From the NCBI RefSeq assembly GCF_001194135.2, contig NC_069005.1:22450656-22514655 (forward strand): 64,000 nucleotides of DNA, written 5' to 3'. Below are positions 63,765 to 64,000 of this stretch, piece after piece. The notes beneath the pieces were generated by a model. It was not told where the DNA came from. It did not search any database and saw only the letters and a list, made by a program, of their open reading frames with translations. How positions within the stretch are numbered: the stretch's first letter is position 1; every line of letters begins with the position of its first letter. A program made the translations under genes and the position numbers. The stretch comes from Octopus bimaculoides (taxonomy: Eukaryota).

Positions 63765-64000
63765 GCTGATGTCATGTAAAAAGCACTGGTGTTGGTGTCA
63801 CGTAAAAAGCACTGGTACTGGCACCACATAAAAAGCACTGGTGCTGGTGTCACGTTAAAAGCGCTGGTGCTAGTCCCACATAAAAAACACTGGTGCTGAT
63901 GCCACATAAAAGGCACTGGTGCTGGTGCCACATAAAAGGCACTGGTGCTGGTGCCACATAAAAGGCACTGGTGGTGGTTCCACATTAAAAGCATTGGTGT
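63765..64000 (+). repeat. 26-bp minisatellite (about 9 units, runs off the window end)
   Basis: Unit aaaaggcactggtgctggtgccacat; resembles a motif in the RTE/family C 3' UTR. Confidence 0.92.

Overview
AT-rich, microsatellite-dense animal genomic DNA with six N gaps. The repeat families look like those of Octopus/coleoid cephalopods (inference). The whole window lies inside one minus-strand gene, a striatin-family (STRN3-like, STRIPAK scaffold) gene. I reconstructed six coding exons by hand (51951-52054, 34677-34759, 19266-19341, 13486-13662, 2257-2388, 257-329). All are GT-AG, phase-compatible and total 645 nt = 215 codons, covering the coiled coil, the calmodulin-binding motif and the acidic linker. 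Exon 1 and the WD40 exons lie outside the window. The 2-17 kb introns hold at least four tRNA-headed SINE families, RTE and RTE-BovB-like LINE fragments, an internally deleted R4/Dong-like element, a decayed mariner transposase, mariner, hAT and piggyBac MITEs, a CpG-decayed tRNA-Asp copy and several minisatellites. I found no clearly new protein-coding system. The best leads are: (1) a modular SINE/RTE-LINE system with a shared 3' hairpin, whose LINE 3' UTR spawns a 26-bp satellite; (2) a six-copy head-to-tail SINE array built on (ATT)n; (3) an RT-less R4-like element; (4) a candidate cassette or poison exon of striatin. Repeat boundaries are read by eye (about +/-20 bp); exon, MITE and tRNA boundaries were counted to the base.
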